A stretch of DNA of 63,325 nt, counting the filler, from Collodictyon triciliatum (lineage: Eukaryota), in assembly GCA_043381765.1 (NCBI GenBank). It is 39 parts of 39 records of this genome, joined end to end, with 100 filler letters (N's around TTAATTAATTAA, not from the genome) between each part and the next. Parts side by side here need not be neighbours in the genome. Positions count along the whole stretch, not along the records: positions 39,090 to 40,614 come from JBHJMP010010854.1; positions 40,715 to 42,239 come from JBHJMP010010855.1; positions 42,340 to 43,863 come from JBHJMP010010856.1; positions 43,964 to 45,489 come from JBHJMP010010857.1; positions 45,590 to 47,112 come from JBHJMP010010858.1; positions 47,213 to 48,735 come from JBHJMP010010859.1; positions 48,836 to 50,358 come from JBHJMP010010860.1; positions 50,459 to 51,979 come from JBHJMP010010861.1; 31 more parts are not named here. The stretch is one strand, 5' to 3'. The stretch's first letter is position 1. Every line of letters starts with the position of its first letter. The translations under genes and the position numbers were made by a program. Positions 39,175 to 50,695 of this stretch are shown here, in pieces. The notes below the pieces were generated by a model that saw nothing but the letters and a program-made list of their open reading frames with translations, searched no databases and was not told where the DNA came from.

Positions 39175-40521
39175 TACTATTACTATTAGGTGTGTCCCGA
39201 CATGCACGATTCAAACGCAAGCGAAAGAGGGTCCCAGTTTAATGATATCGAGGAAGTCGAGAAAACATACACAGAGGCTCATTCCTCGACCAGTAAGCCA
39301 TCCTATCGTGTTATAATATCTTCATATATTTACAAGTAAAAATTTCAAATAAAAGAATGGGACAGTTTTCTAAACGTACCAGTTCAATGTACAGACAGAA
39401 ATCGGAACAGGATTAAGCAACTTCATCATGACCATCACTCTCCACGGTATCAAACCATGTTTTTTTTTCCCAAACATAATGTGGTACGCATCATATGCAT
39501 CTGCGCAAACGAGATATCCATTATATCGGTGCCTGCAATATTTATCTTCAACTATTATTTTACTCTATAGGTCTGGCAATGATTTTCCCGTTTCCGATTC
39601 AGAAACCCACAAAGTATCACAAAATCTTACCAATAAAAGTGACCATCACGTAACACCACCGCTGCCAAACACAAAAGAACAGCGAAAAAAACAAAGCAAC
39701 TCTCTTCATAATGGACCACCCCGCCACGTAAAACAGACCAAAGAACATGGCAAGCCTCATTGAATTCTATTTCGATAATCTTTTTTTAAATTTACTGATA
39801 CGATGATACCTATTTCCTCACTCCTCCATTTATTTACCACCAAGTATATGAAAAGAAATTAAAAATATTTTGTATTGATATATTTAATCTGACGATTTTA
39901 ACTCTTGTGTATAGTAAATACCGAAAATCATGGGGATGACCTCACCCACAAACATCCAAAAGAGCCCCCCACACAGCCTCATCATCCCCGCCCAAAGTGT
40001 GTGCTTGCTTATAAACTACAAGAACATATCCTATTCCACTCCATCTTAACCTATCAAGTGAACTTGGGTCTGGAGACACATATCATTTTCTTCATCACAG
40101 CCCGCGCAAAGTAACCGTATCACTGATAAGCCGCACCCTTTGATTCTTCACAGATCTGCATCAAACAGCAGACCATCAGCCGCTCATGACCTGCTTACCA
40201 GACCCACGCCAAAACAGCATCAGCAAAACCACTACCAACACGCAAACGCCCGACTCACTCCGACAAAGTTGTGGCCTGCAAGTCATTATGCATCAGCAAC
40301 TCATAGCAGCACGAAAACACAATGCCAGCGACCTGGGGCTCTACCGTACAGCCACTTGAGACAGAAGGAATCGATGACTACTTTGAGCGGTACCCTCTTT
40401 TCATATTACATGGGTGACTTCCACTTTATTTCTTATTCGCCTATTGACATATCCTCTACATTTTTTTTTTATTATTCTAAGAGCAGAGCAGAAAAATAAT
40501 ATAGAAGAGTGCTCATATATG

Positions 40522-40614
<93 letters not shown>

Positions 40615-41754
40615 NNNNNNNNNNNNNNNNNNNNNNNNNNNNNNNNNNNNNNNNNNNNTTAATTAATTAANNNNNNNNNNNNNNNNNNNNNNNNNNNNNN
40701 NNNNNNNNNNNNNNTTTCTTCTTTTTCTTCTTTTTCTTTTCTGTTTACTTTTTTCTTTTCTGTTTACTTTTTTCTTTTTTTCTTTTCTTTTTCTTCTTTT
40801 TCTTCTTTTTCTTTTTCTTTTCTTCTTTTTCTTTTTCTTTTTCTTTTTCTTTTTCTTTTTCTTTTCTTCTTTTTCTTTTTCTTTTCCTCTTTTTCTTTCT
40901 TTTTTCCTTCTTTTTCTTTTCTTTTTTCCTTTTTTTTCTTCTTTTTTCCTCTTTTTTTCTTTTTTCTTTCCTTTTAAAAGCAGCAAAGCGTCACTCCTTC
41001 GTTGTCTCATTGTCAGTATGTCTAACGTCAAAGAGCGATTATCTAAACCAGACGAGTCATCTTACACACACATCACACGTCACATATCAACTGTGCTTGA
41101 GTTATCGCGTTGGTTTTCACACATTTTTTCTCAGCATAGAAATGAATCTTTATTTCGTTGCTGCCACTTGAAACATCATGATTTATGCAGCTTACATATG
41201 AATCATACAGAACTCATGACATTCTCGTATTCGATGATATCAAAACACCAGCATACAAAAGCCTCGTTATGATGCAAATCTGAACTTCCTTCGTAATAAA
41301 AAAAGGCAGTACATCAAGGAATGTCCATGACTGCAGAAGCTCACAATTTATATTAACGGCAAATGAATGGCAGCCAAGGCGACAATATTTCCTCACGCAA
41401 TATGCCTATCATCACAACGATGCTGCATCGCAAGAAGATTGAGCCGGGACTGGGTAAAGCTGTGTGTGCGGCTGCTTATTGTGTAATGCCATATGACAAA
41501 TAAAAATAATAAACATGCAAAATGAACAAAAAGTTATCTGAACTCGGAAAGATTCCATTTATTGGTAACGCTGCTCGTTTGTAATGATTTATACATCAGC
41601 AGGCTTCTTGCTATGAAATGAAACGCTTTGCGACGGGCCTGTACCCTATATTGTCTGTTTTCCATTTCATAAATCATTTTATTTTATATTTGTTCAAAGG
41701 CGGTGTAGTTTTTATCTTTGGTTTTCTAAACTTTGTTTATATGGACGCTTATTC

Positions 41755-41950
41755 ACGTCTGATTGGTGGAGTTGTAGTCGGTAGTCAGGAATTGCATCTC
41801 GAGGTTTAGCTTCTGGGCTGTATCTTGTGCCTGCATGAGAGGTGAAGTGAGGTTTCGTTTTTCCTTTCTCAGCCTATTTCCACATGTCTCTTCTCGCGGG
41901 GTCTGAATAATGAAGAACGTCAAGTGACTGGACAAGCTGTTGGGGAAAGG
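41755..41950 (-). mobile_element. LINE ORF2 extreme 3' fragment, diverged
   Basis: Visibly homologous to 53010-53190 (shared caggaattgcatc, gcatgagag, ttctcagcct, ttccacatgtctcttctc). Confidence 0.8.
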
Positions 41951-42339
41951 TATAAATAAAGAACACAATCAACTAAATAATGATAAAATATCCTGGTAAT
42001 ATACGCCTTGCTATGTATTTTGACATAAGTCTTGCCGTACTTTTGGTTTCTCGTTTAATTATCCTCATTATTAAATTTTATTTTATAAACTGCTTTATTT
42101 TTTCTTTATTTACAATATGCTTATATTTGAAAAAAACTAATAGTCTATATTATTGTTTTTATGTATGTATGTATGTATGTATGTATGTATGTATGTATGT
42201 ATGTATGTATGTATGTATGTATGTATGTATGTATGTATGNNNNNNNNNNNNNNNNNNNNNNNNNNNNNNNNNNNNNNNNNNNNTTAATTAATTAANNNNN
42301 NNNNNNNNNNNNNNNNNNNNNNNNNNNNNNNNNNNNNNN

Positions 42340-43705
42340 AGCGATGCCTCTTTGAAAAAGTTATGAATCGCTGTGGGCGTCAGATTCAGACAGTATATCA
42401 TCTTCATCGCAACAATCCGTCCCTTGTGATACAAAATCAATCAATCAATCGCATGCTTCGATATTGCACATAATTTTTTAAATTGTAAAGACAAAAAGAA
42501 TTTCTTACATTTTCAAACGTTAAGAATACCTAAAAAAAAAATTATTCAGGTTTCAGTATGTGTCTCTACCTTGTAGATGCACTTAAATACTTTCGAGGTA
42601 CCTCCCATTCCTATACTGTCATCTTCCACGATTGAAATACGTGAGAAGTTGAGGAACTTGACTTTACCAGTACTTGTGCTGATTTGCTGGACGAAGTTGA
42701 CAGCATATGCTCGTTGCGACTGTGGGCTCAGCATGCTCATTCTCTTTTCGACTCCAATGCTGTTGCCAATAGTATTAGAGCCGCTGTGATGAGGACTGGA
42801 TGACTTTGGAGACTCTGGGTCTTCGTGATTATCTGACAGGTTGTCTTCATCCTTGTCACCTCCAAGAGCAATACCTTGCCAGTACAACGAGTCTCTCTTG
42901 AATGTCTGGTATGCAATAATCGGTCTGCACGCAGCAAACATAACCGTAATGAAAAATCGGTAGATACAATAGCCTATATCACACTGAAAGTGTAGCAGAA
43001 TCAAGCCAATTAATGAAAGGAATCTGAAGATTCCCCAAAATCGGGCGTAGTATATAAGTGCTGGACGAGCAAAGACATATTGAGGCGTCATGGTTGCCGT
43101 GATAAGATAGAAAATGAATAGCGACCCATCCCAACCAACTCTCAGGGCAAATGATATGGTGTGTGTTGTATATCGGAATGATACAAGCTGTGAAATTTTC
43201 AATCAAATTATATAGTCAGCCTTCTCTTTCTGTTTATATTTGGTCGATAATATGTAATCTGTTGATTGAGACTGCTCATACAAAATGTGTATTAAAATGG
43301 TTTTAAAGTAAAAGATATACAACGTTACCAGAGTACAGAACGTCAGCAAAGATACGACCAAAGCAATGGACGATGCCCTTCTCATCGAATCAATACCAGA
43401 GCCATGCTCCATCAGAAAAAATGCGATTCCTTCCAGAGAGAATCTCTCAAGTGCCCAAATAGACGCATAAATTAGACTAATTACACGTAATATGAGTTAA
43501 TCATTGGAAATGTATAATTATGGTATGATAAAAAAACAGGCAAGTTTGGATTTGATGAAAGTGCAAAAGTTCACTTGTAAAAAATGCATGCAATTAATGT
43601 CATTTGAACCTGATTCCCCATGAGTTTTCTGAGCTAAATGATAGCGGAGATATCATGCCCGTAATCCCATGAACAAAGCTTATAAAAGCTATCATCCACA
43701 GATAC
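42340..43705 (-). CDS. Seven-TM (TPRA1/GPR175-like) receptor fused to a tyrosine kinase-like domain
   Basis: TM region ERFSLEGIAFFL..SMRRA..., ARPALIYYA..DIGYC..PIIAYQTFKRDS, then in the same exon IGMGGTSKVFKCIYK|GRIVAMK...FFKEASL (kinase subdomains I-III). Confidence 0.85.
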
Positions 43706-44035
43706 CTTTTGAATTATATGGTATGTGGTATTTATAATGAGAATAATGAACCATCATCGATTGCATTTTGATTGAAGAAAAAAAGGATTATGTAACAAAT
43801 ATGAATTGCAAGCTGAGTCCTTCCATTAAGTAATTCGGCTGTAAGGAAATTTTCATTATTCATNNNNNNNNNNNNNNNNNNNNNNNNNNNNNNNNNNNNN
43901 NNNNNNNTTAATTAATTAANNNNNNNNNNNNNNNNNNNNNNNNNNNNNNNNNNNNNNNNNNNNATTATTATTATTATTTAGTGTTTCATTTACATACCTT
44001 TAAACTTTTTTTTTCCACACAAATACAATGCCCAG

Positions 44036-44491
44036 GTTTGTTCGGAGGTTTGAGGGGCATATGAACCGCATTCATGTACTTGGTATATCATACAACCCTT
44101 TGTTTGCAATTTTTGGATTGCGTATTAGAAGACAAAGTTTGTTGAATTTAAAAATACATACTGCGAGCCAAATTAACTTTTATTCTTCTGAATAATTAGT
44201 TTATGATATACAACACCAACAACAATGAATTATGCTATGCTAGAGTTTCTTCTATGAAAATTATACTTTGCAGAGCAACAATGTGTGGTTGATATGAAGT
44301 AATGGCTAGTGCTGACTAGAATCTGATACGTATTCATAAAGCCTGCATAATTGCACGACCTTCGCAAAGGAGCAGTCTTACATAAAATAGTGAGGTACTC
44401 GGACACAGCCACTGATGTTGCATTCCACCCACTTCACCCCCAACTGGCGACTTCGTGCTTGGATGGGAAAGTAAGAATATTTAATGAATAG
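44036..44491 (+). pseudogene. WDR27: WDR27-like WD40 C-terminus with a +1 frameshift (~44100) and in-frame TAA (44348-44350)
   Basis: FVRRFEGHMNRIHVLGISYNP/CLQFLDCVLEDK|PA*LHDLRKG...DTATDVAFHPLHPQLATSCLDGKVRIFNE*. Confidence 0.75.
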
Positions 44492-45102
44492 GAAAGTCGA
44501 AGCTCTTCGTGATTATTGTCTACTTTTATCCAGTATCATAAACGCAAGTAGAAAAAATAAAGGTGAGATGCAATGGGGTAATTCTGGTGTATTTGAATAA
44601 TTATCCCCCTGATTCTATGGTTTATCTCGTATCAATATAAAAGCTATACCACTATGCTATCATGTTTGCTAGAATTGATTGATAATATTTATGTCGCTTT
44701 ACTCCTTACTATTTTTTTCTTTTGATTTTTGCGTGAAAAGAAAATATATTTAGTTTATGTGACAATAACACAAGCAAATTATGCATGTAATCAAATAAAA
44801 CATGTGGAGAAAATCGTCAGGGTAGGTGCCTACAGATAGAAAAATGACAAGCAAACGAACAAAACCGTATTTTCTAGAAGGCAGGCTATCATATCCAATC
44901 AGGCATAATGGTTTGTGGTAGCGGCGAATGGGTTTTCATTTTTGTGTATATCAGAACCCGCTAAGGGATTTCATTTTAGATTGTGAGAGACCATCACACT
45001 GAAGAAGCATGGCGCAAAAGAAGTATTTATCATGGGCTTTGTCCATAGGGTCCAAAAGAAATGGGCGCCAGCGTAGAATGCAAGACTGCGGTGGGATGTT
45101 GC

Positions 45103-45435
45103 TTAGTCAAACTTGTTTTCCAGGACGAAGCGGTAGCGGACATCACCGGCACGAACGAGCTCGAGGGCAGTATTGATGTTTTGGATGGGCAGAACTCCAA
45201 TCCAAGGACTGACGTTGTACTTGGAAGCGAATTGCAACATTTCTTTGATTTTGAAAGTGGAGCCAATGACGCTGCCATACAGGCCGACTTGGCTCATGAT
45301 AAGATTGAAGGGCGCGATTTTGGTGAGTTCCTCAGGGAGACCAACCACGACCATTTTTCTGTGAGTGTGGAGAAGTGACAGATACCCGCCCCAGTTCATG
45401 TCGTTGCTGTTGGCTGTCACAAGGATAACATCCCA
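45103..45435 (-). CDS. Zn-dependent NADP alcohol dehydrogenase (CAD/Adh6-like), last exon
   Basis: MVVVGLPE, GSVIGS..IKEMLQFA, INTALELVRAGDVRYRFVL. Confidence 0.92.
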   Translation of the reverse strand, partial: WDVILVTANSNDMNWGGYLSLLHTHRKMVVVGLPEELTKIAPFNLIMSQVGLYGSVIGSTFKIKEMLQFASKYNVSPWIGVLPIQNINTALELVRAGDVRYRFVLENKFD

Positions 45436-45613
45436 CTAACAAATTCTGATTGTAAAACAAAGTTCACTTTCTTTATTTTAGCAATAGATNNNNNNNNNNN
45501 NNNNNNNNNNNNNNNNNNNNNNNNNNNNNNNNNTTAATTAATTAANNNNNNNNNNNNNNNNNNNNNNNNNNNNNNNNNNNNNNNNNNNNTTATTTTTTTT
45601 TTTTTATTATTTT

Positions 45614-45655
<42 letters not shown>

Positions 45656-45673
45656 CTTTTTAAAGTTTCTCAC

Positions 45674-46550
45674 AGGTTCAAAGAACTGCAGTGCGCGTAT
45701 AACTTTATAGTCTCGGCATTGGGTGTTGTTCCAACATGGGAGATTTGCAATACCACGTGGTGCTCTCTTGATGTTTATTCTGACACCATACTCAATGTAA
45801 AGTGACTCCAGATTTGTAAGGGCCGTGATTTGAGGTGGTAATTGCTCCATCTTTTTGTGAATAATCATCGCGATTAGTTCTTTTTTACGAATGAAAAATC
45901 ATTACGCATTAGAAAAGGGAATATAAAAGAGAAGTGAGTAAAGGATGAGAGAGAATTCATAAAGTGGAAAAGCGAAGAATAAAAGAACGAAAGAAACTAA
46001 AGGTATGATGATGGAGGTGGTGAAGACCTACAGGATTTCCACCAATCTGAAGCACTTTAAGACTAATAAAGCAAGATATTTCAGGAGGAAGACAGGATAT
46101 GTGATTTTCTCGAATGTCTAGTGCGCTTAGATTCGTTAGGCACGATAGTTCTGGTGGTAGAGATACCAAGCGATTGCTACTTATGCTTAACTCATTTAGA
46201 CCAAATAACCTAGATACCTCAGATGGTAATGATGATAGCTGATTTTCACTAACACTAAGATGATTTAACCTTGTCAAAGTCCACAATTCTGCAGACAACA
46301 AGAAAAGCTGATTGCCTCCAACACTAAAGTGCGTTAAGCGTGTCAATAGTGACATTACCGGGGGCAGTGCAGACAACTTATTGCCATCGAGGTCCAGTCT
46401 TTCGAGGCGCGTTAACTTTGATATTGCAGCTGGTACGCTAGTCAAATATTTTCTGTATAGAGACAATGCCCGAGAGTTCTGCAGAGCCTCGTTACTTTCG
46501 AACTTTGTGAGTCTGCGCAGCTCTTCTATAAGAGCTGTGGGATCCGACAT
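45674..46550 (-). CDS. Leucine-rich repeat protein, 5' part
   Basis: Tandem 23-aa LxxLxLxxNxLxxLPxEL repeats; one intron with an AAG acceptor. Confidence 0.93.
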
Positions 46551-47507
46551 AGCGCAAAGAAAGGAGCTGGTAGATTGTATGCAATTGATCTCCTTTGTCG
46601 GCCGTTGCAATTGGTGGTGGGATTGACTGAGTAAAGAAAAAAGGGAGTATTTAATGTTGGGCTTAGTGCATTGAATCAGTTTTTTTACGAGTGTGAAGTA
46701 AAGAAACGTGAATGCTGTGCACCAGAGCGCGGTGGTAAGGAGATGGGTGTGGCTTCGTCAACAGTTTATTGTCGGGAAATAGCAAAGAAAAGCCGCCAGA
46801 GTGTGATTTTCGAAAATAGGGCTCAGAGGAGTGAGAGAATGAGGAAAATTGAATTGGATCATCTTATTGAGAGGATCACAAGTCTTTTCTGGTTCCTGGT
46901 TTTTTTATGGTTTTTTATGGTTTTTTATGGTTTTTTATGGTTTTTTATGGTTTTTATGGTTTTTTATGGTTTTTTATGGTTTTTTATGGTTTTTTATGGT
47001 TTTTATGGTTTTTTATGGTTTTTATGGTTTTTTATGGTTTTTTATGGTTTTTTATGGTTTTTTATGGTTTTTATGGTTTTTTATGGTTTTTTATGGTTTT
47101 TTATGGTTTTTTNNNNNNNNNNNNNNNNNNNNNNNNNNNNNNNNNNNNNNNNNNNNTTAATTAATTAANNNNNNNNNNNNNNNNNNNNNNNNNNNNNNNN
47201 NNNNNNNNNNNNACACACAAAAAACACACATAAAACACACAAAAAACACACAAAAAACACACAAAAAACACACAAAAAACACACAAAAAACACACAAAAA
47301 ACACACAAAAACACACAAAAAACACAAAAAACACATAAAAACACATAAAAACACATAAAAACACATAAAAACACATAAAAACACATAAAAACACAAAAAA
47401 CACAAAAAACAAAAAAACACATAAAAACACAAAAAACACATAAAAACACATAAAAACACATATAAAACACCAAAACACACAAAAAAAAACCCCCAAAAAC
47501 ACTTCAA

Positions 47508-47968
47508 ATGCCGAGGAGCAAGCACGTACCCACCAACCCCAAAGAACCGCCACACAGATCGCTGGAATGGTTGTGACCGCCCCAGAAGTGATGAGTTTTG
47601 TCCGCGGACGCCAACGCAAAGCGACGAAAGGTGCGTGCGTGGAGGTGATGCAGGCGCTGATGACTTGCTACTCCACAAACAGCTTCAACCAGGCAAAGTG
47701 CGAGAAGGAGGCGTTGAGTCTCACCCAATGTGTCCAGGCCAACGAGGTTTCTTTTCTCTTTTTCACACTCAAACGCCCAAAGCACAAGGATTTTCGTTCC
47801 TGCTTCCCTCTGCTCCTGAGCCGAACGGCTGACTCTCCCTACTATGCTCTGGATCACAAGGAGGCTTAAAATCCCTTTTTCTCCCAGGAGCTGAAGAAGT
47901 CGCAGCGATCGAAGCCAAACATCAACTACCAGATCCTCAAACTCTTCAAAAAGTACGGACACAAATAA
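47508..47968 (+). CDS. Mitoribosomal protein mS37 (Mrp10/CHCHD1-like), twin CX9C; start at 47508 or 47567
   Basis: CVEVMQALMTC...CEKEALSLTQC|...NINYQILKLFKKYGHK*. Confidence 0.8.
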
Positions 47969-47989
47969 ACGAGGCAGACAAGCACTTGA

Positions 47990-48660
47990 ATGAAAAAAGA
48001 TTTAAGATACATGAAAAAGAAAAAGAAAAGAAAAAAGGAAAAAAAGGAAATTGAAAAATGAAAAAGAATAGAAAAGAAAAAAGAAAAAAGAAAAGATTTA
48101 AGATAAATGAAAGAAAAAAGAAAAAATAAAATTGAAAAAAAAGAAAAGATTTAAGATAAATGAAAAAGAAAAGAAAAGAAGAAAGAAAAGAAAAAAAAGA
48201 AAAGATTTAAGATAAATGAAAGAAAAAAGAAAAAAATTTAAGTTATTTGAAAAAAGAAAAGATTTAAGATAAATGAAAAAGAAAAGAAAAGATTTAAGAT
48301 AAAGAAAAAAAGAAAATTGAAAAAAGAAAAGATTTAAGATAAATGAAAAAGAAAAAAGAAAAAGATAAATGAAAAAAGAACAGAAAATGAAAAGAAAAGA
48401 AAAGATGTAAGATAAAGAAAAAAAGAAAATTGAAAAAAGAAAAGATTTAAGATAAAGAAAAAAAGAAAAGATTTAAGATAAATGAAAAAGAAAAGAAAAA
48501 GAAAAGAAAAAAGAAAAAGATAAATGAAAAGAAAAGAAAATTGAAAAAAGAAAAGATTTAAGATAAATGAAAAAGAAAAGAAAAAGAAAAAAGAAAAAGA
48601 TAAATGAAAAGAAAAGAAAAAAGAAAAAAGAAAAGAAAAAAGAAAAGAAAAAAGAGATGA
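47990..48660 (+). repeat. Purine-rich compound repeat with an AAGATTTAAGATAAA core (~11-12 copies)
   Basis: Conserved core separated by variable (A)nG spacers. Confidence 0.85.
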
Positions 48661-49609
48661 TTTTCTTGAGCTCCTTTATGGTTATGCCTGCACAAGCACA
48701 TAACTCCTAGCACCTTCACGTCCAATCGGCCACGCNNNNNNNNNNNNNNNNNNNNNNNNNNNNNNNNNNNNNNNNNNNNTTAATTAATTAANNNNNNNNN
48801 NNNNNNNNNNNNNNNNNNNNNNNNNNNNNNNNNNNAAAAAAAAACAAAAAAACACAAAAAAACACAAAAAAACACAAAAAACACAAAAAACACAAAAAAA
48901 CACAAAAAAACACAAAAAAACACAAAAAAACACAAAAAAACACAAAAAACAAAAGAAATATACCGAAAGAAAATGAAGGAGGAAAACGTTCCGAGAGAGA
49001 CGACATGATAAAATATTTTAATAAAGTACCTGGAGCTTTATTTTCAACTTTTTTCAGATCTTCTAAGACCCATCTCTTATTTGATTCAACATCCGAGAAT
49101 CACTCTCCTTCAAAGACTTCTTCAGTTTACTCTGTCTTCGCCTTTCGAATGATCTTATGTTAAATAAAATCAATGCTTTCATGATTTTCATGCTTCATAA
49201 TCGACTATTTTCTGTCAGTTTGCGTGGTCTCATATCTTTTACACTCACGAATATGATAAAATGGTGTAAAAAAGAACAACATCTATATTTCCGTATATAA
49301 TAAGACCACCCATTGGGTCTTAGATATCTTAAGTAGGGACATATGTGATATAAACTGTAAAAAAAAAAACAGACTCTACCATGCGCTCCCATCCCGCCCC
49401 TTTGTATAGCATAACCTCGCTGCACTTTGAATCAAATAAAGGGAAACAAAACTGTAAAAAACAGTAAAGTGAATAACTGATGATCATTTTCATATATATT
49501 CTGTTAATCATTCCCAGATATGCATAAAAGACTTAGAAACCCAGAAAGAGGTTTATATCGATGGCTACAGCCGAATTTTAATAGGTGAGATAGTTTTTCT
49601 ATAGTAATA

Positions 49610-49677
49610 CTAACTAATACCGACTAATACCGACTAATACCGACTAATACCGACTAATACCGACTAATACCGACTAA
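49610..49677 (+). repeat. (CCGACTAATA)n decamer tandem repeat abutting a LINE 5' truncation
   Basis: Seen directly. Confidence 0.9.
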
Positions 49678-49679
49678 AT

Positions 49680-50358
49680 AAACAAACGCATATCCACTCA
49701 AGTATCTTGGCGTCATCTTCGTTCCACAATCGGATAACAAATGGACAACCCTGGTTGAGGACATCAAGTCGAAAATATCAGTGTGGAGCAACTTTCATCT
49801 CTCGGACGTGAGGAAATTAAGGCTGTGGAACCAAGTGATGCTCTCGACCCTTATCTACAACATAAAAGGCACTTTGCTGAATCTCAAGAGGCTGAAAGAG
49901 CTGGAAGACATCTGCCGCAACTTCATCACTACGAATAATCAACATTATAAAATCAAGACGCTCTCTGAGCCACCTACGGAGGTAGGGCTGGGTCTCATAA
50001 CGCCTGGCATTGCATGGACATCACTCACGATGAGATGGTGGACAGATATGCTTACCCATCCGAAAGGATTCTGGCAGCGTGGAATGTGGCACCTCATCCA
50101 TCGCATATGTCCGAACTTCAAGGCACAGCTCTGTGACAGCAGAATCCAATCACCACCGCCAAACACGCCCGAGCTGCTACTAGCGTGGTGGAAGGTTCTG
50201 TATGAAAACTGTGAAATGTGCGAGTCTACCCAACTACATGCTGTTGCAGGCCAACTTTGCTGGGATAGAGCAAAAGGCTTCTGTATCATCAAGTCGAGAG
50301 AAGGAAACAGCTCCTTCATCCTGCAACAAGTCACATTCCAAAAGGATGGGAGCTTCGC
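49680..50358 (+). mobile_element. LINE ORF2 (RT thumb and downstream), 5'-truncated, open frame
   Basis: LKYLGVIF...FHLSDVRKLRLWNQVMLSTL...PTEVGLGL; homologous to 17670-17838 and 25100-25375. Confidence 0.92.
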
Positions 50359-50458
50359 NNNNNNNNNNNNNNNNNNNNNNNNNNNNNNNNNNNNNNNNNN
50401 NNTTAATTAATTAANNNNNNNNNNNNNNNNNNNNNNNNNNNNNNNNNNNNNNNNNNNN

Positions 50459-50695
<237 letters not shown>

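Noticed and set aside
47990..48660. CRISPR-like repeat-spacer array
   Set aside because: Spacers are low-complexity A/G runs of variable length, the context is eukaryotic and no cas genes are present
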